DNA of 64,000 nucleotides from Octopus vulgaris (taxonomy: Eukaryota): assembly GCA_951406725.2 (NCBI GenBank), contig OX597821.1, forward strand, positions 53,816,001 to 53,880,000, in the 5' to 3' direction. Each line of letters begins with the position of its first letter. Position 1 is the first letter of the stretch. Of the stretch, positions 12,973 through 25,737 are shown piece after piece. The notes under the pieces are model-generated. The model was given only the letters and a program-made list of their open reading frames with translations, was not told the origin of the DNA and searched no databases. A program made the position numbers and the translations under genes.

Positions 12973-13335
12973 CCATATGTAAATTTAAGTGTTCACTTCC
13001 GGATTCTCTCATTCTGTGAAAGTTTCTAGTTCGTATCACACATGTCTCGAGATGTGCCGAAGATTTTCTATTTTGGATATATTTGGGTATATTCCATTTA
13101 TTTTCTATTTTGGATATATTTGGATATATTCCATTTATGTCTTACGTATTTATCGCTGAAGAGGGGAACATTCATATGAATTAACCCCGAAATTGGGACC
13201 AATGCGGTAATAACGGATCTTTTAGAAATTTTTATCGGCTTGTTTCGAGACGCATAAATTATGGTTATTGACAATTTTGTCTTTTTTTCGGCATATTTGG
13301 CATTAGAATTTTTCTTTTGCCCTTATTTTATAAGT

Positions 13336-13338
<3 letters not shown>
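12971..13338 (+). mobile_element. ~370-bp HHR-bearing element between (TA)n tracts
   Basis: Flanked by (CA)n(TA)n and (TA)n; internal 37-bp tandem duplication 13063-13137; HHR at 13150-13210. Confidence 0.6.
13150..13210 (+). ncRNA. Type I hammerhead fold with non-permissive AUG cleavage triplet
   Basis: ttatcg CTGAAGA gggg..cccc GAAA ttgg ga cca ATG cggtaa: all three stems form, but position 17 is G. Confidence 0.65.
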
Positions 13339-13372
<34 letters not shown>

Positions 13373-13375
<3 letters not shown>

Positions 13376-13956
13376 TTGCACTTAGCCATCTGTCATTTCC
13401 CCTTTGAGAAAAATCAGATCAAATCTTCTGCTGGATTTTTCAGCTTGTTTAAAAGCCTTTTAGATCTGATGTAGTGATTTCTTTTTAATTTTTCAGACAA
13501 ATTGACCTTTCCTCATCATATATGACCTATATCTGAGCCCCTCGTGGACAATATTTCTGACTGTTCCTTCTGACACATGGAGATCTTTTGCAATTGATCT
13601 CAAGAACTTTCTGGGATTGTAATCAATGGTCTGTTAAACTTGCTAGATAAATTCAAGTGTTCTGATGATTTCAGAGTGTTTAGAATGCTTTTTATGCTTT
13701 GATACTGGTGATATGTTTCCAGCTTCAGTTTCTAGCTCCTTACAAACTTTGTTAATGAAAGATCTAACAACTTTTAAAAATCGAGATATTTCTAAATGCT
13801 CAGCCTTTATAACCACAATAACAGCAATCCTCCTCATTCCTTGAGTAAGCTGATGGCCTGCCATTGTTATTTTCTGAAACAACGGTTAGACAGAGTTAGC
13901 AAAACATGCAGCAATGACCCAAAAAGATATGTGTTCAAATACCTTACACATCCTGT
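13373..13956 (-). mobile_element. Tc1/mariner-superfamily (maT/DD37D-like) transposon, 5' remnant
   Basis: ORF 13643-13882 (RIAVIV..EISRFLKV.RSFINKV.KELE) continues after a stop as ..NPRKFLRSIAKDLHVSEGTVRNIVHEGLRYRSY, an HTH region. TIR-like end TA-caggatgtgt at 13945-13956. Confidence 0.7.
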
Positions 13957-14260
13957 ATATATATCTAGTTTCCAAAATTTTCCAAACCTTTTGGTTGATG
14001 CGGATATATAATCTAAGCGGGTACCAATATGCACTTCTAGCGATTGATAATACTGGTTAACATACATGAGTTTATGTACTTTCAGTTGTTTAGTTTAACT
14101 ATTCTTCGTACATTCTCACGCCTGAAAATTCACTTGTCTCCAAAGGGACAATATGCATGTTGATAAAGGATAAACAATAATGGCCCAGGTTAAGGAAAAA
14201 ATGTTAATAAAAATAGCAGTCAAAATTCTCTTATGAAGACCTTGATGGATTGTTGCATCA

Positions 14261-14648
14261 TCTCTCTATATATAAACGGCAGTTTGTCTGTGCGTGTTTC
14301 TGTGTGTCTGTTTTCTCGTACCCTCACCCTGACCACGGCTTTCAACCGATTCTGATGAAACTTGACACACACATAGCCCAATGTCATAATTCAAAACTAA
14401 CGCAGCGAAAATTTTGAAAAGTTAACCCCAGTTCTGAAAAAAATCGATAAATTCGACATGGGGTCGAGAATAAAAAAAAACAAACCACAGACTGTCTAGG
14501 GGACGCAACTCAACCTTTTTTTACTCTCAAAAAAAAATTTACCATAATTTTTTTTCCATTTTTTTGCTATTTTTTGGCTATAACTCTCTAAAAATGCTTT
14601 ATAGTTATTTCCCTTACAAACCTGAGCAACGCCGGGCGATACTGCTAG
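14261..14648 (+). mobile_element. Non-autonomous Helitron
   Basis: 5' TCTCTCTATATATAAA after host A; subterminal hairpin cctgagcaacgccggg (14621-14636); 3' CTAG followed by T; no TSD. Confidence 0.85.
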
Positions 14649-14669
14649 TAATGTACTAAAAGACGCGTA

Positions 14670-14796
14670 AGATGCACCTTGGAAACGGTGGGAACTTTAC
14701 GTAGGCAAAAATGGCAAAACCTAAATGGCCGCATAAATAAAAATTGTACATATATATATATATATATATATATGCATGTATGTATGTATTTATATA

Positions 14797-14844
<48 letters not shown>

Positions 14845-17225
14845 AGCAACAGCAATATCCTGAAGTTACAGTAATGCAATGAATATAACGTGTTCTTCAA
14901 AAAAGCAAGTACAAACAAACATGGGTGCATTCACGTTCAATGCAATGTAATATGACTAAGTTTATTATCACTCGAAAGCGTGATCTCCATGATATGAAAA
15001 CAGTGAAGGTTTTAAGAGGTGCTGATCAGTGATTAGTGCAAACTAAATTTAGATATGCTCCAAGTTTTACCGGAAAGCAATTTCACGCAAAATTTGAATG
15101 TGGGAAAACTCCAGTCAAATGAAACTCAAAATGTGTTGATATCAGTCATTGACAGTCATTAAAATCTGATGACAATTTCAAAGAAAATATATGCAGCACA
15201 GCCGAGGAAACACTAGGCATTTGAAATTGGAATCACCAAGAATAAGGGGATTCGTAACCTGTAGGAAAAACAAAACCACAAAATCTGACACTTCTTCCAA
15301 ATTTATCTTCTAGTGATGAAAAACAAAAAGCATTAGTAATGATGAATGGTGAAGTCAAAGGCGTTTGCGTAGCTTCTAGAGTACCTGATAGGAAGAGAAA
15401 GCTCAGCCCTTCAAAATACATCACTTGCTACAAATTCAAAGACAATGCATCAATTGCTACATGAATTCTATGATCTACAACATTCCTCTTTTGCACTTGT
15501 TCAGCCCAAGGATGAAAATAAGATCTTGAAGCAACCAAATGAAACACAGGCTGGATAGAGGGAACACAATAATGTGCTATTGAACAGGATAACAATGTGG
15601 TGAATCTGTATTAGACGATATTGAACAACTGTCATTCAAAGTATGTTTAAATGAAACCCCAAGTCGAGAAAGCCAGAGTTCAAAGGAACAACAGGAAATC
15701 ATCTGGCAAGTATGGAATACGTGCAGAGGTACTGAAATGTGACGAAGGGAAGTTGAAAGTAAGCTCTACGTAGTTATTTTCCATGTATGGGACTCATTGG
15801 TACCTCAAAACAGGAGAGATGTAATTTGGGTATCTGTTTAAAAGGCCGAAAAATTTGTGTGCTGAAATTTTCAATGAATTTTGCTGTTCTCTATAGTGGG
15901 CAAACTTTTCGTAAAAGTTCTGCTGAACAGGTTGATTTCCATAGTTGCAAACGACATTCTTCCAGGAATTCAATGTGAATTTAGAGCCCAAAGAAGAACT
16001 AGCCACATGATATTTCCTGCATGTTAAATTCAGAAAACAAATATTGAGCGGAAGCGTGACTTGTATCGAGGCTTTTTCGATCACATCAAGGAATGTGACA
16101 CAATCAACTGATCAATGCTATGGAATGTGCTGAAGAAGTACAGTTTCTCCAAGCAAATTTATAGACCTGATTCAAACTTTGCATGACAACATGAAGGCTA
16201 GAAGATGTTTCAATGGCAATTTATCTGAACCTTTTCCCTGTGTTCTAATACTAAGGGAATCTACATCTAATTTAGGATCACATGAAGACTGTCCAAAATC
16301 AGATTTACCGCAAATGGTAATGTGTTTGAATCTTTTGTTCGGGGACTATTATAAGCTGGTGATTGTGATTAAGTATTCCACAGACAACAAGAACTGCACG
16401 TCTTCACAATTTTTAATGCATCATGAATAGATTTTGGTTTAGAAATTTTGAACAAAACAGACGTTATGTCGCTGGTCACACCTAAACTAGATATTACAAG
16501 GAGATACAGAATTGAAAGTGTTTTTTTATTATCTGGAAAGTGTGCTGTCAGATGATAAAAATTTGGTTGAGATTTTATACTGAATGAAGAAGGCTTCTAT
16601 AGGTTTTGGAAATCAAGAAAGCAAGCTTTGGTCAAAACTCGGGATCAAATTAAACACAAAGGACTTCTGTGCCCTCAGCTTTATTGTGTGGTTGTGAAAC
16701 TCGGATGATATACAACCACTAAGTTTCATCAACGCTGTTTGGGACATATCGGCATATACGTAATGTGAAGCAGTGAAGCGAGACATACTCCATATACCAA
16801 AATTCTAGAGAAACCTCAAATGATCAGAATTGATCGGATTTTTTAAAGATAGAGTGGTCATCTTGTTCGTATGAATAATACTAAAATTCAAAAGCAGCTG
16901 TTTTATGAAGAATTGAAACAAGGTAGATGAAAAACCTCAAAACCAAACAGTGGTACAAAGATCTTCTTAGGGTTAACTTGTATTATTTCTATTGAGAACT
17001 GGGGAGATTTAGCTGCTAATAGAGCAAAGTGGAGGAATACAATCTTTGATAGTTTTTGAGAGAGAAAGAATTCAGCTTTTGAATCTTTCAAAAGAACAAG
17101 TCGGTTGGGGAAGCAAGAAACAACCTAAAATGCTGCAAACAAAAGTGGTAAAAGGGAAATATGTAGAAGAATCTGTCTTTCTCTCGTTGGTTTCAAGAGT
17201 TACATCAGAGGACATAAGGATATGA
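14670..17225 (+). mobile_element. Highly degenerate RTE-clade LINE (APE end, RT, C-terminal region)
   Basis: Fragments TWVHSRS, FIITRKRDLHDMKTVKVLRGAD, GKSSGKYGIRAEVLK, SQCEFRAQR, LIQTLHDNMKAR, KQLFYEELKQG, CLSLVGFKSYIRGH; many stops and frameshifts. Confidence 0.75.
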
Positions 17226-17508
17226 AGCAGGTGATAAATCCCCAGTAACATAGATAGTAGTGTAACATGTGTATAAAAGTGAAAAGCAGGTATGAAGAAT
17301 CATTTACGAAGTCGTGCAAGGAAAGAGCTTGAGGAAGAAATCTCATGGCGTCATACTCGAGGTCGAATTAACAACTAATTATAACAACAATACATATGTG
17401 TGTAAAAATAGCTACACCAATGCAATCTTACAATACACCCAACTTCCTTTAATTCACACTAAGTCTAATGCAAAGAAAACTAAAGAACTGTAAACGAAGT
17501 GAATATTT

Positions 17509-18013
17509 ACTTGTTAAGTTTATCTCTCCAGACTTTCTATAGAAATTATAGCCAACACTGATTGTTATGATCTTTCGTATTCGAGACGCCTGATGTAAAC
17601 AACAAAAACGAGATCAAAGATGAAAATGGGTAATGGTCGTATGACATATTTCAGGAGTTTTGGCCCCTTCATCAGTACCCATCAAACCCATTAATCATCC
17701 ACGAATTCATTGCTTGCATAGCCACAGAATGTAGCAGTTTAATGATATATATATAAAATTGGTGCACCCAATAACGTTACACTGCTGTATTTTAATGGCT
17801 ATTTAAGCAATAATTTCGTGGATAGTTAATGGGTTCGATGGGTGCCGATGAAGGAGCAAAAACCCCTGAAATTAAGTGTATACACCCGTTACCCATTTTT
17901 TATTTTCGATTTCATTGTTGTTTACATCTGCTGTTTTGGATACGAAACGTCGTAACAAAGTCAGCGCTGGATATAATTTCTATAGAAAATCTGTTGAGAT
18001 AACCTTAACAAGT
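17509..18013. mobile_element. Diverged inverted-arm element with HHR-like core in each arm
   Basis: Arms ~17509-17745 / ~17775-18013. Minus arm gggta CTGATGA agggg..ctcct GAAAT (tcatcag 17669-17675); plus arm gggtg CCGATGA agg..cct GAAAT..caccc (17840-17887). Confidence 0.65.
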
Positions 18014-18053
18014 GATTTAATAGCACTGCTAACACAGTAGTACATGGCATTGG

Positions 18054-18437
18054 CTCTTTTACTCTTTTACTCTTTTACTTGTTTCAGTCATTTGACTGCG
18101 GCAAATCGACCCCGGGACTTATTCTTTGTAAGCCCAGTACTTATTCTATTGGTCTCTTTTGCCGAACCGCTAAGTGAAGGGGACGTAAACACACCAGCAT
18201 CGGTTGTCAAGAAATGCGAGGGGGACAAACACAGACACACAAACACACACACACATACATATATATATATACATATATACGACTGGCTTCTTTCAGTTTC
18301 CGTCAACCAAATCCACTCACAAGGCATTGGTCGGCCCGGGGCTATAGCAGAAGACACTTGCCCAAGATGCCACGCAGTGGGACTGAACCCGGAACCATGT
18401 GGTTGGTTAGCAAGCTACTTACCACACAGCCACTGCT
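18054..18437 (-). mobile_element. SINE family A
   Basis: Reverse complement of the 24829-25280 family, with (gtaaaaga)n tail and internal (TA)(TG) microsatellite. Confidence 0.9.
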
Positions 18438-20602
18438 GTGTTTAATATACTTTGCGGTATATAACGGTTGCATAACGAAATACTGTGTCCCTTCAAGCCA
18501 TTAAAGTGAATATTTATTTGTGGAATTAATTTTCAATATTTAACTACCTACAATGAAATTTCAGCGTATCCACGCAAATTCCCAATTACATCAGAAATAT
18601 ATGCAATATTTCAACGATACCAGTAGATGTTTAGGGTCGTAGCTTTATCTTTTACTCATCTTACTCCTTCGCGTTCGACGAGGCTTGGATTATCAAAGGG
18701 ATACCCTTTAGTTATTGCAAATTTATTGAAGTACTTGTTGATGCTGCGGATATATGCTGTTCATGCAAAGCACAGATAAATTTTATGATCCTATTTATGA
18801 TACTTTTTTCTCGTTAGAACTTGTTTCCTCTTCGCTAGTGAAAATGCCTATCTTTATTTTATCGTTTCACTGATCTGTATATTTTGACTGAATATTTACA
18901 GATAACGGTTCAAATAAACTTAAAGACATGAATTTTAAATCAAAGCTGCTATGGTTTCACTTTATGCATGTTCATGACAAAATCGTCACAATTGAAGAGT
19001 ATTATATTTTGATCTCAATAAAACTTTTACAGAAATATATTAATTTCTAAATATGTTTCCTCGTTTTTATTTCGTATTAGAATTCATAATAACATTCATT
19101 TTACATATTAAAAAGTAAGTAAATAATGAGAATGATAAAGTAAACAGGAAAATGTAAAAACTGATTTTATTCAATGTTTGAAATCACTTTGCTGAACTGG
19201 TAGCCATACAGTTTATAATTAAATATAGATGATATATTTGTTTTTAAATAAATTGTTACATAAAGGAAATAATTACCTGAAAAATAAAATGTGAATAAAT
19301 TCTATCTTTATATAAAAATATTTTTTTCTGTTTATATGTTACGTGCAAATGTAACTGTTGCAATGAAAAGAAATTGCTATTTCGTTAAATGCTTTTAAAC
19401 ATATAAAATCTCTTTTGTATCGTAATGACGAAATGCCAGATAAATGTAAGTAAAAATTAGGTGCACGTATATATTTTTGTACATTTTTTTTTATTTATTG
19501 TATATGAAACATAATTCTTTTCACTATTTTACTTTAAATCATTTGCTGTTTTTTTTTTCCTTTTATCTATATTTTGTAGACAATTAACTCCAGCTTATTT
19601 CTTGTAGTGAATATTTGAAACTTTAACAGTCATAAAAACATATTCCATAAACATGATCATGCCACAATTTTAGCACTTAAGAACGAAGAGATCAAAAGCT
19701 CCCAGACAGCTCTTAAAATGTCTTTAAAAACCACAAAATGAATAGATAAAAATATACATACATGAAATTACGTCAGATATTTTAATGTTATTTTTGCACA
19801 AAAATATATTATTTATTTTATTTATATATTTGAAAGTGAAGTTTAGGACAAAATATATAAAAGCAAAATTGCAAGCACATGAAAGTGGTGTCATTTTTTT
19901 ACTTTCTTTTATCTGAAGTTCTTTTACACTATTTCATCTTGAGCAGGCCAGTGTAGTATCTATTTCTTTTTTATATCTTTGTAAAATCTCAAGTATATTG
20001 TTATGTTATACATGTGAGTTTGCTACAGTATTAGATTGAATCAAGTAGAGTACTGAATTACTTATCTGTAAGTACATAGCCAAAGGTATCTGGTATCCTT
20101 GCAACTTTCTTTTTATCATCTTAGTGAAATGTATATTCTAATAAAAACTGGATAGATATTAATGGCCGTTTTATAAGTCTCAAAGTTTGGCAAAATAATT
20201 TCATATAGATTAAACAAATACGATTTAAAATTGAATACATGGAGTCGAAAACTTAAAAATATGTAATTCACATTAAACTGTCAAATTCAATATGTTATAA
20301 TATACCAAAGTGTTTACATTAGCAGAAATTTCTGGAACAATACTATTCTCAAATGTGTTACTCTTTCTACAGTGGTTAAATTCTTTATATTACAATTTGT
20401 TTTCATTCCTAATATTATATGTACACTCAGGCATATAGACACATATGTATGTATACATTCATAATTATATAAAATTATGTGCGTGTACGTATGTGCACTG
20501 TGTATATTATTATGTGTATATATATTATAAATATATATATACATGAACATATATGTGTATGTATAGGCATAAAAATATTTACTAAATATATATATATATA
20601 GG

Positions 20603-20850
20603 AATATATAGGAATATATTATGTGTAGAGATAGGAACATAACGTGTGCATATGTTTGTAAGTGTGTGTATACATTTTTATATATGTGCACACATATACA
20701 TAAGTGTGTATATAAATATATATATATAGGAATATATATAGGAATATATTATGTGTAGAGATAGGAACATAACGTGTGCATATGTTTGTAAGTGTGTGTA
20801 TACATTTTTATATATGTGCACACATATACATAAGTGTGTATATAAATATA
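20603..20850. repeat. Local tandem duplication, period 130 bp
   Basis: ggaatatattatgtgtagagatagg...gtgtatataaatata at 20611 and 20741. Confidence 0.9.
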
Positions 20851-21205
20851 AACATATACACATATATAAACATATATGTAAATACACATGTATATTTATA
20901 TATATAAATACATGTGTGTATACGCATATATATAAATATATATATACATACTTATGTGTACGTAATTATATAGATATAAATATGCATGGCTATACGTACA
21001 TAAAAGCTTGTATATATTTATACACACATGAGCTCACATTATGTGCATATCTATACATATAAGCACATATACATGCATACATATCTGCATATGCATAACT
21101 AATAAATATCTATATGTATAAACATTAATGCGTTTATACACATATATTTATTAAGCATATATATATGTATATGTGCATGTGTATACAAATACATACATAC
21201 ATACA

Positions 21206-21272
<67 letters not shown>

Positions 21273-21793
21273 AGAGAGAGAAACAAAAAGAGAGAGGAAA
21301 GAAAGAATGACTGTAAATATAAGAACCTGACTGTGTATGTGTGTGTAAAATATATAATTTGTTCGTTTTGGATTTTTTCTCATAGAATTTAATGCTGAAT
21401 TATTTAAGAATCAAGTAATTTTTTAATTGTTTAAAGCAGTTTCAATAGTTCAACACGCCTGCGCACATACACCCACACACACGTTCTCTTCTTCGATATC
21501 ATTTGTATTATCATTAATGTTGATGAACAGTCTTATCGTATTATTATTCGTAGAATTACTACACCTATTATTATCATCATCATCATTATTATATTTATAT
21601 AATTTTTGTAAAAATTCTTTAAAACCGTAATGTTACAAACATTAGAACATGGGCACCTATAGTATCACAACAAATACAATGTGGAACTTTGTTAAAATCA
21701 CCTTTACTAATGAATACTAGTTAATGATGTGTATAATCTTTCTTACACTAGGAAAGTGATTGAATTTACTGCTGTAATGCTGGCGTTCAATTG

Positions 21794-21846
<53 letters not shown>

Positions 21847-21848
<2 letters not shown>

Positions 21849-22228
21849 GAGCAAAACGCCCCCTGCCCAACGGACGGTGCTGAGTTGTCAAACATTTAAA
21901 GCAAATTTTTGGGTTTCTTAAATATACTGCATTTTGTGGCATTATTTCAAGCCAGCCGGCTTTTTTGCACAAACTGCACGTGCATTATTCTCGCGTACGC
22001 GTAGTATCGATCGAAACAGCTGATGCACTTGCACGTACAAATATACGTTCCCACGGCTTTATCGATCGCATTCTCACCTGAAATCGATTTTTGTAATTTT
22101 TTCAAGACTTATATACGCCCTGATACCGTAAGTATCTACATATCAAATTTGAGCGCAATCGGATGGAGGATGCCCGACATCCTAGAAGACACACACACAG
22201 ACAGACAGAACGGATTTTATATAATATG
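21847..22228 (-). mobile_element. Non-autonomous Helitron (second family)
   Basis: Minus-strand 5' atattatataaaatccgttctgtctgtctgtg; ccgattgcgctcaaatttg motif; 3' GC-rich imperfect hairpin then CTCG-T (CTAG variant). Confidence 0.65.
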
Positions 22229-22252
22229 TATATATATATATATATCTTTGAT

Positions 22253-22328
22253 GTGTTAACAAATATCCGTCAAATGTAAATAATGTAAAAAAAAATGTGC
22301 ATAATTCCTCATCTCTTAAATATAGAAA
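22253..22328 (+). mobile_element. Penelope pLTR 3' tail fragment
   Basis: aaatatccgtcaaatgtaaataat...tctcttaaatatagaa matches 53131-53169. Confidence 0.7.
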
Positions 22329-22464
22329 GACTTTAACTCTTCCGATTTGTGTATACTGTATATATATATTATGTGTTTTTGTGCATGTATATACGTATGC
22401 AGAAGTTTCGGTCAATATATGTTTGTGTTTAGGTATGTATATATCTGCGTGTGCACTTGTTTAT

Positions 22465-22507
<43 letters not shown>

Positions 22508-22780
22508 TATCGTTCCTGCTTGTTTTCATAGAAGATTTTCACATACCTCTCTTTATACACACTTTTAAATTACCTTGTTCTAATTCTAGGCTGAGTTTCT
22601 CATTCTCAAAATCCTGAATTCATTTCCTACACATGTTTATGCTTTTCTGTTGGCAATGCTTTTGTGTGCATACATACGTACATACATATATGCATTACAT
22701 TACATACATGCATATGCATGTATAAATACTTTGTTTTCTGTATGAAACCATTGGTCTCGCACGTATGTGTGTGTGTATAC

Positions 22781-22829
<49 letters not shown>

Positions 22830-23099
22830 TAATATAGACAGATATGTATATATATCTAGATAGACATGTATAACTAAACACACACACACATACACACACA
22901 CACACACACACATATATATATGCACGTGTGAGAGTGTGTGTAACAAACTTTCCAAATAAATTTACACTTCATGTCTGAAGCTCCAATGAAGCTATAATGT
23001 AATACACATGCATTCAACTGTGAGTGCATTGCAGCTTATAGCGGAAACAGTTATAAGATAAATGATTTTATTCCTTTCTCATTCTAACTTTATATATAC

Positions 23100-23163
<64 letters not shown>

Positions 23164-24667
23164 GAATTAAGGCTACCATTGGTTTCATGTTCAGAAGAGT
23201 AGGAAAATATCAAAGTATCTAAATAATTCATCAAGTTGATCACGAAACCAAAATTTATTTATTCACCAATGCGGTGTTGAGCACTTTTTTCATCGTTCTA
23301 CATTTACGTGTATATATATATACCCGAAAAGTAAGGGAGAAAATTCTAGATTTATTACAAATCGTAATCATCACCACCAGCACCATTACATTTATATTTG
23401 TTACGAAGTGCGTATTCACAGTCATGGTACGACATTTTTTCCCTTTGTGTATTTGCTGAGGCTTTTCGGATCCCTGACCCATGAAAATATGAGTGCTACG
23501 TATCACCAACAGAGTCCTGCACATTGCATAAATCATATCTAATTTTGCGTCCTTCTCTGCCATCAGGCCCCATATTTTGTATAATTACTATGATTGTAAT
23601 GAAAATTTCTATGACATAATATGTTTTACCGTGTAACCGCCACTTTCATAGATAGGTTTATGAGTTATATACCTGAGCTGAGTTCTTGAAATTATTCGAG
23701 AATTGAACTTCATCTGCTTCTCACATTGATCATGATAGTGGAGTTAAGAGTTATTCCGAGGGGAATTTTACTCCGGTCGTGTCTAACAATCAAAACGTGT
23801 AGGTCTGAAATGAGGAACCAAAGTAAATAAAAATTGAAATCAGAAGCTATGTGAAGCAGCATGATAGATGTACCAGGGCCCTAGTTCCAAAAGTGAACTA
23901 CTGCACACATCTATAGAAATTGAATCATTGGTGTTATTCACTTACTAAATTATTAATATAGCTTTGGCACTGCCTAGACTTTCAAGCCAATTACAAGGAG
24001 CGTATTCTGGAGAGGACTTGACTTCTGTCATAGCCTTGGAAAAGTTAGGAAATGAAAAAAGCTTTAAGAATGAAAACAATCAGGGAAATCTAGATAATTT
24101 AAGTATATGCACAATTTAATGTCCACATTTCAAATTCAATTTACGAAGTTCCCAAGTTAGCAGTTGTCACGGTATCCCATAATACCGACTTGTTCGTGAA
24201 AATTTTCGCTAGCAATACTGGTAATGACAGGAGAAAATTTATTAAGCTGACAATAGGTGTAGTAGGTACATTCCTTAGCTCAATTGTACCAAAGTCATTA
24301 AGTAGCATAGAAAAGTCTTTCCTTAAAATGACAGTTGAGACTTTGAAAAGTAATCATTGTTCTACAGTAATACACACATGCATCACACACACTAAAATAT
24401 TCCTGAATCACGTATTATGTAATGTTCTTGAGTAAGTCACTTCATTTTATATTTCTCCAACCTGTTCAGCTGAATATGAGCACTAAGTGAGCATTGGTGC
24501 ATCTATCTCTCCTACTTGATGGCACGTACTCGGTGTTCTGCTTGATCAAGTGTGGTAGGGGTGAGGGGATGTTTATGTCTTCTCACGACTTCATCGTCAC
24601 TAACTACCATCAACGAAAGCAGCGTATACGCTACCAGATCATACATAGTTGCTAATGATGCATATTC

Positions 24668-24697
<30 letters not shown>

Positions 24698-24698
<1 letters not shown>

Positions 24699-24765
24699 CT
24701 CTTTTACTCTTTTACTCTTTTACTTGTTTCAGCCATCGGCTGAGGCCATGCTGGGGCACCGCCCT
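24698..24765 (-). mobile_element. SINE family A, 3' tail fragment
   Basis: (ctctttta)n cttgtttcagcca...ggccatgctggggcaccgcc. Confidence 0.75.
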
Positions 24766-24828
24766 TGGCCCACCAATATATATATATATATATTTACTAA
24801 TGCAGATACTATGTATATCAAATTTTAT

Positions 24829-24986
24829 AGGCGCAGGAGTGGCTGTGTGGTAAGTAGCTTGCTTACGAAGCACATGGTTCCAGGTTCGGTCCCACTGCGT
24901 GGAACCTTGGGCAAGTGTCTTCTACTATAGCCTCGAGCCGACCAAAGCCTTGTGAGTAGATTTGGCAGGGAAACTGAAAGCCCGTC

Positions 24987-25038
<52 letters not shown>

Positions 25039-25280
25039 ATGTGTGTGTGTGTGTGTGTGTGTGTTTGTGTGCCTGTGTTTGTCCCCCCAATATCGCTTGA
25101 CAACCGATACTGGTATGTTTACGTCCCCGTCACTTAGCGGTTCGGCAAAAGAGACCAATTGAATAAGTACTAGGCTTACAAGAATAAGTCCTAGGATCGA
25201 TTTGCTAGACTAAAGGCGGTGCTCCAGCTTGGCCACAGTCAAATGACTGAAACAAGTAAAAGAGTTAAAGAGTAAAAGAG
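24829..25280 (+). mobile_element. SINE family A, full length, tRNA-derived
   Basis: A box tggctgtgtggtaag, B box ggttcggtccc, core ccttgggcaagtgtcttctactatagcc, internal (TA)n(TG)n, tail (gtaaaaga)n. Confidence 0.9.
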
Positions 25281-25290
25281 AATGTGTGTT

Positions 25291-25329
<39 letters not shown>

Positions 25330-25621
25330 TTGTACAACTATCCTTTGTCAAGAAACAGAAATATGACTGGAATTCAAAATGTGATCAACGTGTTTGAAGG
25401 CAAAGTGTACTATTTTGTATATCAAAGTTTTCGGATAACTTGTAAGATGTTTCATCTACGAGAGAAAATACTTCTAGAATGATCAAAGTTTCAAAACAAC
25501 AAATGTCTCATAACTCTAATCATTCTGCTAGTAGTTTCACTTTTTTCTTAAAACAAACAACTTGCAAGTATATAGATAAAAAGATTTCTGTGAACAAGAA
25601 ATCAACCAGATGACATTACTA

Positions 25622-25737
25622 AAGTCCTGCGATCGATTTGCTCGACTAAAGGCGGTTCTCTAGCATGGCCACAGTCAAATGACTGAAAACAGTAAAAGAG
25701 TATGTGTGTTTGTGTCTCTGAGCGTGTGTAGTTGTAC
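25622..25737 (+). repeat. Duplicated SINE-A tail plus flank
   Basis: Matches 25186-25334, including the downstream flank gtgtagttgtac. Confidence 0.7.

Noticed and set aside
14350-14365. CTGATGAAAC resembling an HHR core
   Set aside because: Part of the Helitron internal motif ccgattctgatgaaacttg; no stems present.
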